The notes under the pieces were generated by a model that had not been told where the DNA came from, searched no databases, and saw only the letters and a list, made by a program, of their open reading frames with translations. A DNA stretch of 64,000 nt, from positions 4,552 to 68,551 of the forward strand of contig JAQCBB010000001.1 in NCBI GenBank assembly GCA_027621535.1. The letters run 5' to 3'. The position numbers and the translations under genes are program-made. Below are positions 40,326-49,505 of the stretch, piece by piece; the stretch's first letter is position 1; each line of letters opens with the position of its first letter. Origin of the DNA: Pseudomonadota bacterium. Lineage in GTDB: Bacteria; Pseudomonadota; Gammaproteobacteria; Burkholderiales; Methylophilaceae.

Positions 40326-40882
40326 GATTGTATTTTTAGAGTTAACTCTGCCAGTCTTTTTCCTTGGGCATAGGCAATTTTTTCTTCGTCTTGGGATAAT
40401 GCCTCAGCTCCCGTGTGACTGGATCCGTAAGGTGTCCCCCCGGTTTTTGTGAAATTCAGCTCTTTAACAGAATAGGGAATGCCCATGATAATCATTCCAA
40501 GGTGTTGCAATGGAATTTGCATAGAAATTAATGTTGTTTCATTTCCACCATGAAGCGAATGCGATGAGGTGAATACCGTCCCTATTTTGTTTTCAAGACT
40601 GCCTTTAAGCCACAAGGGGGTCAGTTGATCAATAAAGCTTTTCATGGTTCCCGACATGTTCCCAAAATGGGTGGGACTGCCTAAGGCTAGACCGTGACAA
40701 CTTTCGATTTCTGAGAGCTCTACTTCGGGAGCAAAAATTGATTGTTTAGAATTTATGGTATGGGGGACCGTTCTCAGCAAAGCCTCAGTGCCATTGACTG
40801 AATTAATACCTCGCGCAATTTGTTGCGCTAAACGATGAATGGCTCCATCTTGGGAATAATAAAGAACTAAAATATTGAGCAT
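40322..40882 (-). CDS. Flavodoxin-fold NAD(P)H:quinone oxidoreductase (WrbA-like)
   Basis: The product has ILVLYYSQDGAIHRLAQQIARG and GSPTHFGNMSG and is 186 aa. Confidence 0.75.
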   Translation of the reverse strand: MLNILVLYYSQDGAIHRLAQQIARGINSVNGTEALLRTVPHTINSKQSIFAPEVELSEIESCHGLALGSPTHFGNMSGTMKSFIDQLTPLWLKGSLENKIGTVFTSSHSLHGGNETTLISMQIPLQHLGMIIMGIPYSVKELNFTKTGGTPYGSSHTGAEALSQDEEKIAYAQGKRLAELTLKIQS

Positions 40883-40886
40883 AAGG

Positions 40887-42254
40887 TTAAGATTTTTTAG
40901 CCAAGCGGTTTGCTAAGCCAATATAAGTTTCTGGTCTCAGTTGGAGAAGAGTTTTTTTAGCATGAGCGGGTATTGTTAATTGGTTAATAAATACCTTTAA
41001 GGTTTCTTGGCTCACATCTTTATTACCTCGGGTTAAAGCTTTCAGTTTTTCATAGGACTCTGGAATTCCATAACGCCGCATGACCGTTTGAATGGGTTCA
41101 GCGAGAACCTCCCAAGAATTTTTTAAATCACTGGCAATGACTGCGTGATTGATTTCAAGCTTATTTAAGCCCTTCATGCATGAATTGATAGCCAATGTGT
41201 GATATCCAATTCCACTGCCAATATTTCTTAACACGGTAGAGTCACTGAGGTCTCTTTGCCACCTCGAAATCGGTAACTTTTCACTTAAGTGATTTAAAAT
41301 GGCATTGCTTAATCCTAAATTGCCCTCTGAGTTTTCAAAATCGATTGGATTCACTTTATGCGGCATGGTTGATGAACCCACTTCATTTTTTTGAAGCTTT
41401 TGTTTAAAGTACCCCATGGAAATGTAACCCCATAAATCCCGATTAAAATCAATCAGAATCACATTGATACGGGCTATGCTATTAAAAAGCTCGGCTAGAA
41501 AATCATGTGGCTCAATTTGCGTTGTCATCGGATTGTATTCAAGCCCGATTGAGTTAATAAAACCTTTAGTGTGTTGTTGCCAATTTATTTCTGGATAGGC
41601 AACTTGATGTGCGTTGAAGTTTCCCACAGCACCATTCATTTTTCCTAAGAACTTTTGTTTTTTTATTTGGGACATTTGTCTTTTTAAACGGGCCACCACA
41701 TTTGCGAATTCTTTTCCCATGGTGGTTGGGCTAGCGGATTGTCCATGAGTTCGGGCGAGCATGGGAATATCAGCGTACTTCTTTGCCTGAGTGTTGATCT
41801 TATCAACCAACACTTCAAGTTTTGTAATAACCACATCTTGTGTCGAGTTTTTTACCATCAGAGCATAAGATAAATTGTTAATATCCTCGGAGGTACAAGC
41901 AAAATGGAAAAATTCTAAATAGGGTTTGACATCCTTATTTTTTTTAAACGTTTCTTTCAACCAGTACTCAATTGCTTTTACGTCGTGATTGGTTATTTGT
42001 TCAATTTTTTTGACTTCGGAAGCTTGTGCTTCTGAAAAAGAATCAGCGACTTGTTTTAAATCTTTAATCACAGTTTTACTGAAGCTTGGCACCTCTTTGA
42101 TTTTTTTATTTTCACTTAAGCTAATAAACCATAGTATTTCTATTTTAACTCTGTGTTTGATCAGGCCAAACTCACTGAGGTAAGGGCGTAACTCATTCAG
42201 TTGAGCATCATAACGTCCATCTAAAGGAGAAATGCAGGATAACATTGAGGCCAT
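40887..42254 (-). CDS. purB: Adenylosuccinate lyase
   Basis: The product has SPLDGRY near the N-terminus and the fumarate-lyase signature GSSTMPHKVNP. I prefer Met13 (ATG 42254) over the ORF-track start 42290, by alignment with the E. coli PurB N-terminus. Confidence 0.92.
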   Translation of the reverse strand: MASMLSCISPLDGRYDAQLNELRPYLSEFGLIKHRVKIEILWFISLSENKKIKEVPSFSKTVIKDLKQVADSFSEAQASEVKKIEQITNHDVKAIEYWLKETFKKNKDVKPYLEFFHFACTSEDINNLSYALMVKNSTQDVVITKLEVLVDKINTQAKKYADIPMLARTHGQSASPTTMGKEFANVVARLKRQMSQIKKQKFLGKMNGAVGNFNAHQVAYPEINWQQHTKGFINSIGLEYNPMTTQIEPHDFLAELFNSIARINVILIDFNRDLWGYISMGYFKQKLQKNEVGSSTMPHKVNPIDFENSEGNLGLSNAILNHLSEKLPISRWQRDLSDSTVLRNIGSGIGYHTLAINSCMKGLNKLEINHAVIASDLKNSWEVLAEPIQTVMRRYGIPESYEKLKALTRGNKDVSQETLKVFINQLTIPAHAKKTLLQLRPETYIGLANRLAKKS

Positions 42255-42399
42255 GGTTATTTTTCTTTCAACAATAAAATATTCAAACAATATTTTACAT
42301 CACTTACCTCTGCATGAAAGCAACCCAGTAAAAGTTTTTGGGAATTTAATTTTTTTGCTCTAAAATAAACCTTAAATATTAATTAATTTTTTGAACCCA

Positions 42400-44967
42400 A
42401 TGATTATTCAAGACTATATATTGCACACTAAAGAGAGGGAGAAAGAGGGCCTTCCTCCTCTAGCATTGACACCAGAACAAACAGCAGAGCTAGTGACTTT
42501 TTTAAAAGATGATAAAACACAAGATCTTGAATATGGGTTAGATTTACTCATTCAGAGAGTGCCTGCAGGTGTTGATCAGTCGGCATATGTAAAAGCTGCA
42601 TTCCTTAATGATGTGGCACAGAAAAAAATAAAGAGTAGTTTAATTTCACCCAGTAAAGCAGTTGAAATATTAGGAACCATGTTAGGCGGCTACAATGTTC
42701 AAGCGTTAATTCCTTTATTAGATTCTGATCTTGCGGAGCAGGCAAGTCGAGCTCTATCGACTACCATTTTGATTTTTGATGCCTTTCATGACGTTGTCGA
42801 TAAACATAAAGCTGGAAATTTATATGCCTCTCAATTACTTGAGTCATGGGCGAATGCAGAATGGTTTACCAATAAAAAAGAAATTGACCATGAAATAACA
42901 TTAACTGTTTTTAAGGTTGATGGTGAAACGAATACAGATGATTTATCCCCTGCACAAAATGCATGGTCTCGTGCGGATATTCCTCTCCATGCCAAAGCGA
43001 TGTTAATTAATAAAATGCCTGATGGTTTAAATATCATTGAGGATTTGAAAAAATTAAATCACCCTTTAGTTTATGTGGGCGATATTGTTGGCACAGGCTC
43101 ATCAAGAAAGTCAGCGATCAATTCGCTGCAATGGCATATGGGAAATTCAATACCGTTTATTCCCAATAAAAATACCGGAGGTTACGTGTTTGGAGGAAAG
43201 ATTGCACCAATTTTCTTTAATACGGCTGAAGATTCTGGAGCATATCCCATTGAGTGCGATGTGTCACAAATAAATCATGGCGATGTCATTACTTTAAAAG
43301 TATATGAGAAAATTATATGTAACGACAAGGGTCAACCTATTTCCTCTTTTGCTCACAATCCATTAACAATTTTAGATGAGGTTCGTGCGGGTGGTCGAAT
43401 CCCCTTAATTATTGGCCGGGGCTTATCAGATCGATCAGCAAAAATTTTAGATGTTAATAAATCAAAAGTTTTTTTAAGTTATATCAATGAAACAATCAAC
43501 AAAAAACAAGGTTACACCTTGGCACAAAAGATGGTCGGCAAAGCTTGTGGGGTTAAAGGGGTGTTGCCAGGAACTTATTGCGAACCAAAAATTACCTCAG
43601 TAGGATCTCAAGACACCACAGGTGCAATGACAAGAGATGAGTTAAAAGAGTTAGCTTGTTTAGGGTTCACAGCAGATCTTGTCATGCAAAGTTTTTGTCA
43701 TACTGCAGCGTATCCAAAACCAGTTGACATTCAATTACAACATTCATTACCAGACTTTATCAGTAGCAGAGGCGGAGTGTCCCTAAAAGCTGGAGATGGA
43801 GTAATTCACTCTTGGCTCAATCGAATGATACTGCCGGATACAGTAGGCACGGGTGGCGATTCTCATACTAGATTTCCAATAGGGATTTCTTTTCCAGCAG
43901 GATCTGGATTAGTCGCTTTTGCTGCAGCTATGGGAGTGATGCCGCTGGATATGCCCGAATCGGTATTGGTAAGATTTAAGGGTGAGATGCAGCCTGGGAT
44001 TACCTTAAGAGATCTTGTGAATGCTATTCCTTATCAAGCGATTCAAAATGGTGAGTTAACCGTAGTAAAGCAAGGTAAGAAAAATGTATTTAGTGGCAGG
44101 ATCCTTGAAATAGAGGGTTTACCAGATTTAAAAGTGGAACAAGCATTTGAATTTGCTGACGCTTCAGCAGAAAGATCCGCAAATGGTTGTACAGTTCGAC
44201 TCAATAAAGAACCCATTATTGAATACCTGCAATCAAATATTACATTAATGCAAAATTTGATAGAACAAGGTTATGAAGATAAGAGAACTTTGCAGCGCAG
44301 AATTGAGGCGATGCAGAACTGGCTCGACAACCCAGAGCTTATGGATCCTGATGCAAATGCTGAGTACGCATCGGTCATTGAGATTGATCTGAATACGGTT
44401 ACTGAACCACTGATCGCATGTCCAAATGATCCTGATAACATTAAAACCCTATCAGAGATTTCTGGAAATAAAATTGATGAGGTATTTATTGGAAGTTGTA
44501 TGACGAATATTGGTCACTATCGAGCGGCAGGAAAAGTATTAGAAAATCAAGGCGGCATCAAAACAAGATTATGGATAGCCCCACCCACTCGAATGGATGA
44601 ATCACAGCTGAGAAAAGAAGGCTACTATTCTATATTCGCACAAGCCGGGGCTCGTACAGAGCTTCCGGGATGCAGCCTTTGCATGGGCAATCAGGCCAGA
44701 GTTGAGAATGAAGCTCATGTTTTTTCAACCAGCACTCGTAACTTTGATAACAGAATGGGGAAAGATGCTCAAGTATACTTGGGGTCTGCAGAATTAGCCG
44801 CAGTCTGTGCCTTGTTAGGAAAAATTCCAAGTGTTTCTGAGTATCATCAAGTTGTAAAAGAAAAAATTGCTCAACATGAAGAGAACATTTATCAGTACTT
44901 AAATTTTCATCAAATGGATGACTATGTAAAAGAAAAAAAGGTTATTGGAATTAACTCCGTAAGTTAA
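42400..44967 (+). CDS. acnB: Aconitate hydratase B / 2-methylisocitrate dehydratase
   Basis: The product is about 855 aa with an AcnB-type N-terminal HEAT-like domain ([18 protein letters not shown]...[16 protein letters not shown]). The Fe-S ligands lie in [10 protein letters not shown] and [10 protein letters not shown]. The start is ATG 42400 or TTG 42391. Confidence 0.93.
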   Translation: MIIQDYILHTKEREKEGLPPLALTPEQTAELVTFLKDDKTQDLEYGLDLLIQRVPAGVDQSAYVKAAFLNDVAQKKIKSSLISPSKAVEILGTMLGGYNVQALIPLLDSDLAEQASRALSTTILIFDAFHDVVDKHKAGNLYASQLLESWANAEWFTNKKEIDHEITLTVFKVDGETNTDDLSPAQNAWSRADIPLHAKAMLINKMPDGLNIIEDLKKLNHPLVYVGDIVGTGSSRKSAINSLQWHMGNSIPFIPNKNTGGYVFGGKIAPIFFNTAEDSGAYPIECDVSQINHGDVITLKVYEKIICNDKGQPISSFAHNPLTILDEVRAGGRIPLIIGRGLSDRSAKILDVNKSKVFLSYINETINKKQGYTLAQKMVGKACGVKGVLPGTYCEPKITSVGSQDTTGAMTRDELKELACLGFTADLVMQSFCHTAAYPKPVDIQLQHSLPDFISSRGGVSLKAGDGVIHSWLNRMILPDTVGTGGDSHTRFPIGISFPAGSGLVAFAAAMGVMPLDMPESVLVRFKGEMQPGITLRDLVNAIPYQAIQNGELTVVKQGKKNVFSGRILEIEGLPDLKVEQAFEFADASAERSANGCTVRLNKEPIIEYLQSNITLMQNLIEQGYEDKRTLQRRIEAMQNWLDNPELMDPDANAEYASVIEIDLNTVTEPLIACPNDPDNIKTLSEISGNKIDEVFIGSCMTNIGHYRAAGKVLENQGGIKTRLWIAPPTRMDESQLRKEGYYSIFAQAGARTELPGCSLCMGNQARVENEAHVFSTSTRNFDNRMGKDAQVYLGSAELAAVCALLGKIPSVSEYHQVVKEKIAQHEENIYQYLNFHQMDDYVKEKKVIGINSVS

Positions 44968-44976
44968 GCTTGGTTT

Positions 44977-45606
44977 ATGGAATTTAATCCTGATTGTAGA
45001 GAGTGTCCAAGGCTAGCCGAATTTCTTGACACCGTTAAAGATAAAAATCCGAATTATTTCTGCAAACCGGTTCCTTCTTTTGGAGTATCACATCCTCAAT
45101 TATTAATTGTTGGCTTAGCCCCTGGAATGCATGGAGCAAATAAAACAGGTAGACCTTTTACCGGTGATTTTGCCGGTATTCTTTTGTATCAAACACTTTT
45201 TAAATTTGGATTTTCATCAGCAGCAAGGTCAATATCTGCAGATGATTCTTTATCATTAATTGATGCTCGCATTACTAATGCTGTGAAATGTTTACCCCCT
45301 GAAAATAAACCTAAGACAATAGAAGTTTTACAATGCAATAAATTTTTATCTCATGAGATAAAGCGTATTCAAGATAAGATCATTATCTTGTCTTTAGGTA
45401 AAATAGCTCATGATGCGGTATTAATGTCGTTAAACTTAAAAAAAAGTCACTACCAGTTTTCTCATGGAGCTAGACATGAGTTATCGCGTGAACAAATATT
45501 GTATGATAGTTATCACTGCAGCAAATATAACACTCAAACAAAGCGCCTCACTGAGGCCATGTTTGAGAATATTTTTTTAAATATTAAAAAAGAAATGGAG
45601 AAATAA
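44977..45606 (+). CDS. Uracil-DNA glycosylase superfamily protein (family 4/5-like)
   Basis: The product has an N-terminal CxxC (CRECPRL) and GLAPGMHGANKTGRPFTGDFAG, which resembles the UDG family 5 motif. Confidence 0.8.
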   Translation: MEFNPDCRECPRLAEFLDTVKDKNPNYFCKPVPSFGVSHPQLLIVGLAPGMHGANKTGRPFTGDFAGILLYQTLFKFGFSSAARSISADDSLSLIDARITNAVKCLPPENKPKTIEVLQCNKFLSHEIKRIQDKIIILSLGKIAHDAVLMSLNLKKSHYQFSHGARHELSREQILYDSYHCSKYNTQTKRLTEAMFENIFLNIKKEMEK

Positions 45607-45607
45607 T

Positions 45608-45787
45608 ATGCCTTACATCAATGTAAAACTGGCAGGTTCCTTAAACAAAGATCAAAAAGCTGAAATTGCCAAAGAAATAACCGACACAATGTCTCGCATT
45701 GCTCACAAGCCGGCATCTTATACATATATTGTGTTTGATGAAGTAGCCACTGAGGATTGGGCTATTGGAGGAAATTTACTTGGTTAA
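45608..45787 (+). CDS. 4-oxalocrotonate tautomerase-family protein (59 aa; absent from the ORF track)
   Basis: My own translation is MPYINVKLAGSLNKDQKAEIAKEITDTMSRIAHKPASYTYIVFDEVATEDWAIGGNLLG. It has Pro1 after the Met and the W.IGG end typical of 4-OT. The SD GGAG lies 7 nt upstream. Confidence 0.7.
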   Translation: MPYINVKLAGSLNKDQKAEIAKEITDTMSRIAHKPASYTYIVFDEVATEDWAIGGNLLG

Positions 45788-45792
45788 TTAAT

Positions 45793-47589
45793 GTGGAAAA
45801 TGTTAAAGATTTTCTAAAAACTTTACCTACACATCCGGGCATTTATCGAATGCTGGATAAGCAAGAAAAAGTTATCTATGTCGGTAAAGCTAAAAATATA
45901 AAAAAAAGAGTAGCAAGTTATTTTAATAAAAATCTTGCGAGTCCCAGAACAAGGTTAATGGTTTCTCATATCGCAAACATTCAATTTACGGTAACCAATA
46001 CTGAGGCAGAGGCGCTCATTTTAGAGAATAACTTAATCAAAGATTTAATGCCTCGTTACAATGTGATTTTTAGAGATGATAAATCATATCCATACTTAAT
46101 GATGACGGCGCACAAATTTCCGATGTTACGTTTTCATCGCGGGTTGCAAAAAAAAGGGAATCGTTATTTTGGACCTTTTCCAAACTCAAATGCTGTTCGT
46201 GAGAGTATCCAGCTTTTACAAAAAGTTTTTTTACTCAGAAATTGCGAGGACTCGGTATTTTCAAACCGAACCCGGCCTTGTTTACAGCATCAAATCAAAA
46301 GATGTACTGCCCCATGTGTAGGGCTGATTAATGAAAATCAATATGCTCAAGATTGTCGACAAGCAGAATTATTTCTTCAAGGAAAAGATAATGAAGTGGT
46401 TGAGCAAATGACAGTCGCAATGAATGTGGCCGCAGAAAATCAGGAGTATGAAAGAGCGGTTGTTTTTCGGGACCGTATTCAGAGTTTAAGACAGGTTCGT
46501 TTAAAACAATTTGTAAGTGATTTTAGTGAGAATGATGCAGATATTATTGCCTTTGCTGAAGAAGAGGGGTTAGCGTGTATCAATTTGGTGATGATTCGGG
46601 GTGGAAGACATCTTGGGGATAAAACTTTTTTTCCAAAAAATCACTTAACTGATGATTCTAATCTTATTGAAATTTTTCTTTGTCAGCACTATATGGATCA
46701 TTTACCGCCCCCTGTGATTGTTGCGGAGGGAGTTTTTGATCAAGAGCTAATTAAAGCTTTTTTTAATCTTCAATTTTCAAAACAAAAAATTAAGATTATC
46801 ACTAAAGCCTCAGGTGATAAAAGAATGTGGTTAAAGATGGCAAAAAGAAATGCAATGATTAACGTGAGACAAAAGAATTTACTAGAAACAGGCAAAACAA
46901 ATAAACTCGACTCGTTAAAAGCGTTAATAAATATGCCTAATGTAAACCGAATCGAATGTTTTGATATCAGTCATACGATGGGCAAACAAACGGTAGCGTC
47001 TTGTGTGGTTTATGATGATTTAGCCATGCAGGGAAAAGAATATCGCAGATTCAACATCAATAACATTACTCCTGGCGACGATTATGCGGCGATGCGTCAA
47101 GTGTTAGAGCGACGTATTAAAAGAATAGTTAATGAGGAGCAAACAAAACCAGACTTGATGTTAATCGATGGGGGAAAGGGACAATTAAAGATGGCTATAG
47201 AAATTTTTGATGAATACAATATTGTTGGGATTCGTCTAATTTCAATTGCTAAAGGTGAAAATAGAAAATCAGGCCTGGAAACCTTGATCTTTGATGATGG
47301 TGAAATTATTTCTGATATCCCTAATAATAATCTTGGATTTCATCTGCTTCAGTATATTAGAGATGAGGCCCATCGTTTTGCAATTACTGGACACCGACAA
47401 AAAAGAGCAAAAGTTAATTTATCATCAACTTTGGAACAGATTGAGGGAATTGGTCCAAAGAAAAGAAAATCATTACTCGTATACTTTGGTGGTTTGGAGG
47501 GGGTTAAAAATGCTTCGATTGAAGAATTAACTCAGGTAACAGGAATAGATCTAAAACTTGCTGAGATCGTTTATAACTTTTATCATTAA
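45793..47589 (+). CDS. uvrC: Excinuclease ABC subunit C
   Basis: The product has a GIY-YIG domain (PGIYRMLDKQEKVIYVGKAKNIKKR), a UVR domain, an endonuclease V-like domain and a C-terminal HhH. I prefer GTG 45793. The ORF-track TTG 45757 would overlap the tautomerase gene by 31 nt and add 12 residues not seen in UvrC. Confidence 0.92.
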   Translation: MENVKDFLKTLPTHPGIYRMLDKQEKVIYVGKAKNIKKRVASYFNKNLASPRTRLMVSHIANIQFTVTNTEAEALILENNLIKDLMPRYNVIFRDDKSYPYLMMTAHKFPMLRFHRGLQKKGNRYFGPFPNSNAVRESIQLLQKVFLLRNCEDSVFSNRTRPCLQHQIKRCTAPCVGLINENQYAQDCRQAELFLQGKDNEVVEQMTVAMNVAAENQEYERAVVFRDRIQSLRQVRLKQFVSDFSENDADIIAFAEEEGLACINLVMIRGGRHLGDKTFFPKNHLTDDSNLIEIFLCQHYMDHLPPPVIVAEGVFDQELIKAFFNLQFSKQKIKIITKASGDKRMWLKMAKRNAMINVRQKNLLETGKTNKLDSLKALINMPNVNRIECFDISHTMGKQTVASCVVYDDLAMQGKEYRRFNINNITPGDDYAAMRQVLERRIKRIVNEEQTKPDLMLIDGGKGQLKMAIEIFDEYNIVGIRLISIAKGENRKSGLETLIFDDGEIISDIPNNNLGFHLLQYIRDEAHRFAITGHRQKRAKVNLSSTLEQIEGIGPKKRKSLLVYFGGLEGVKNASIEELTQVTGIDLKLAEIVYNFYH

Positions 47590-47592
47590 GCT

Positions 47593-48144
47593 ATGAACCT
47601 TCCTAATTACATTACATTTTTTCGCATTCTCATCATTCCTTTTCTTATTTTAGTTTTTTATCTACCTGAAAATTTTCTAGGAGGTTTGAGTAGAAATCTT
47701 CTCGCAACATTTTTCTTTATTCTAGCTGGTATCAGTGATTGGCTGGATGGATATTTAGCAAGAAGAATGGGACTTGAATCTAAGTTTGGAGCTTTTATTG
47801 ATCCGGTGGCTGATAAATTAATTGTCATTTCGTCATTAGTAATGCTAGTTGAATTGGATCGGGTGAGCGCCATTATTGCGGTAATCATTATTGGACGAGA
47901 AGTCGCCGTCAGCTCTCTAAGAGAGTGGATGGCGGGGATTGGATCATCTAATAGTGTTGCGGTTGTTTTTATTGGTAAATTAAAAACAACGCTCCAATTT
48001 ATTGCCATTGGATTGTTATTATATTTTGAAGATATCTTTTTTATTCCGATTTTCTTCCTTGGTCAGATCACCATATGGGCGGCCGCATTTTTGACTATCA
48101 TTTCCATGCTCTATTATTTAAAACAAGCATTTACTGTGAAGTAG
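47593..48144 (+). CDS. pgsA: CDP-diacylglycerol--glycerol-3-phosphate 3-phosphatidyltransferase
   Basis: The product has the CDP-alcohol phosphotransferase motif DWLDGYLARR...GAFIDPVADK and is 183 aa. It lies downstream of uvrC, as in E. coli. Confidence 0.92.
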   Translation: MNLPNYITFFRILIIPFLILVFYLPENFLGGLSRNLLATFFFILAGISDWLDGYLARRMGLESKFGAFIDPVADKLIVISSLVMLVELDRVSAIIAVIIIGREVAVSSLREWMAGIGSSNSVAVVFIGKLKTTLQFIAIGLLLYFEDIFFIPIFFLGQITIWAAAFLTIISMLYYLKQAFTVK

Positions 48145-48178
48145 TCAATTTAAAAATAATACATTGGAAAAGCTGTCA

Positions 48179-48206
48179 TTGACATCACTTAAAAAAAAGC
48201 TAAAAT
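48179..48206 (+). promoter_or_regulatory. Candidate sigma70 promoter for the tRNA Gly-Cys-Leu cluster (TTGACA - 16 nt - TAAAAT)
   Basis: The -35 TTGACA is at 48179-48184 and the -10 TAAAAT at 48201-48206. tRNA-Gly begins at 48220. Confidence 0.5.
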
Positions 48207-48219
48207 ACTGCTTCTGTTT

Positions 48220-48295
48220 GCGTGAATAGCTCAGCTGGTAGAGCGCAACCTTGCCAAGGTTGAGGTCGCGAGTTCGAACCTCGTTTCACGCTCCA
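48220..48295 (+). tRNA. tRNA-Gly (anticodon GCC)
   Basis: Folded by hand into a cloverleaf: acceptor GCGTGAA/TTCACGC, D arm GCTC-AGCTGGTA-GAGC, anticodon arm CAACC-TTGCCAA-GGTTG, T arm GCGAG-TTCGAAC-CTCGT, with an encoded CCA. 76 nt. Confidence 0.95.
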
Positions 48296-48303
48296 AATTT
48301 TTC

Positions 48304-48328
48304 AAAAGGGGAGTGTAGCTCCCCTTTT
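48304..48328 (+). other. Perfect 10-bp hairpin between tRNA-Gly and tRNA-Cys (AAAAGGGGAG-TGTAG-CTCCCCTTTT)
   Basis: Read directly. It is terminator-like, with a T-run within and after the 3' arm, but it sits inside an apparent tRNA operon. Confidence 0.45.
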
Positions 48329-48336
48329 ATGTTTTT

Positions 48337-48410
48337 GGCGCGTTAGCAAAGTGGTTATGCAGAGGCCTGCAAAGCCTTAGACGCCGGTTCGATTCCGGCA
48401 CGCGCCTCCA
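48337..48410 (+). tRNA. tRNA-Cys (anticodon GCA)
   Basis: Acceptor GGCGCGT/ACGCGCC, anticodon loop CTGCAAA, T arm GCCGG-TTCGATT-CCGGC, with an encoded CCA. 74 nt. Confidence 0.95.
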
Positions 48411-48448
48411 TTCTTTTTTACCTGGGATGGTGATAAAATAAGGTCTTT

Positions 48449-48535
48449 GCCCGGGTGGTGAAATTGGTAGACACAAGAGACTTAAAATCTCTCGATCTTA
48501 CGATCGTGCCGGTTCGATTCCGGCTCCGGGCACCA
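48449..48535 (+). tRNA. tRNA-Leu (anticodon UAA)
   Basis: Acceptor GCCCGGG/TCCGGGC, anticodon arm AGAGA-CTTAAAA-TCTCT, a long variable arm (CGATCTTACGATCG), T arm GCCGG-TTCGATT-CCGGC, with an encoded CCA. 87 nt. Confidence 0.95.
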
Positions 48536-48545
48536 AATTTATATA

Positions 48546-48683
48546 ATGAGCGATAAACAGTTAAAAAAAATAAATGACTCACTCCAGGCAATTCTAAAAA
48601 CTTTAAAAACAGTTTTTATATTGATTGCTGGTTTTGCTTTCTTATATTTTGCGCTTTTGATTTATTTGTTTGTAATTGGGTAA
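48546..48683 (+). CDS. Possible 45-aa single-pass membrane mini-protein (speculative)
   Basis: My own translation is MSDKQLKKINDSLQAILKTLKTVFILIAGFAFLYFALLIYLFVIG. There is no convincing SD. It is in the same frame as the next ORF, separated only by TAA 48681-48683. Confidence 0.25.
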   Translation: MSDKQLKKINDSLQAILKTLKTVFILIAGFAFLYFALLIYLFVIG

Positions 48684-49505
48684 TTGAAAAATTCTCTCGT
48701 CATTAAAAATCCAAGCTTTTCATCCCTTAATTTTCTGAAAAATTGGCAAGGTTACTATAAAGCTTATAAATTAAATCTTTCTTATCATGATCTTCTGGCA
48801 ACATTTTTAACTCACTCTAACAATACATTTCCAGAAGGAGTGATATCACAAGATTTAATAAAAGATAATCATTGGCTTTATTCAGTGCACACCGCGGATT
48901 TTCAGCTCATGCGAGACTATTATTTATTTAATGGTTTAAAAAGTTGTGATGTGCAGCAAATTAACCATTTATGTGAATTATTAAACAAATATCTTCTTGA
49001 AGATTTTGGATATTTTTCATGTGATAATAATTTCATTTTTTTTCAAAGTCGAAAACAATATATATTCAGTTATAACTCAATCCATGATTTGTTAAATAAT
49101 CCTGAGCTTATTAATGAGCATAATAATAACGACACAAAAGTTTTACTCAACAATATTTCAATGATTCTATTTCAATATATTGAACAGAATCATTTGAATG
49201 TTGATTTTAATAATTTAGTATTATTCCCGCTTGGAAATAATATTAAAATCAACCCCTCAAAAAAATATTTTTTTTCAAATGAAATTAATTTGTCAGATAT
49301 AAACAAGGACGAGGAAAATACTTTTTTTATGCAAGATGATCTAAAACTATTAGATTTTTTAACACTCCATCAACAAATAATAAGACAAGTTTATTTGTCC
49401 TTTGACAAAGAATGTTATGTCTTAGAGAGAAGTTCTTGGTTGTCGGAAGTTATAAATTTTAAATCAAGAAAAATATGGAATGAAATTAATTCAAAAAAAA
49501 ATTAA
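48684..49505 (+). CDS. Hypothetical protein (no family recognised with confidence)
   Basis: The 273-codon ORF is rich in N, K, F and L and very AT-rich. It must start at TTG 48684, because the first ATG is codon 76. It overlaps the recJ start by 26 nt, and its length and packing argue that it is real. Confidence 0.55.
   Translation: MKNSLVIKNPSFSSLNFLKNWQGYYKAYKLNLSYHDLLATFLTHSNNTFPEGVISQDLIKDNHWLYSVHTADFQLMRDYYLFNGLKSCDVQQINHLCELLNKYLLEDFGYFSCDNNFIFFQSRKQYIFSYNSIHDLLNNPELINEHNNNDTKVLLNNISMILFQYIEQNHLNVDFNNLVLFPLGNNIKINPSKKYFFSNEINLSDINKDEENTFFMQDDLKLLDFLTLHQQIIRQVYLSFDKECYVLERSSWLSEVINFKSRKIWNEINSKKN

Noticed and set aside
40138-40452. A 104-codon plus-strand ORF opposite the DUF2069-like and WrbA-like genes
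   Set aside because: The minus-strand reading gives a coherent 3-4-helix membrane protein with ATGA-type overlaps to both neighbours (operon logic). The plus-strand ORF would overlap the well-supported WrbA-like gene.
47658-48008. A 116-codon ORF antisense to pgsA; similar antisense ORFs occur at 2816-3142, 31624-31938, 14894-15139 and 17931-18173
   Set aside because: All lie inside strongly supported genes on the opposite strand and lack motifs or ribosome-binding sites.
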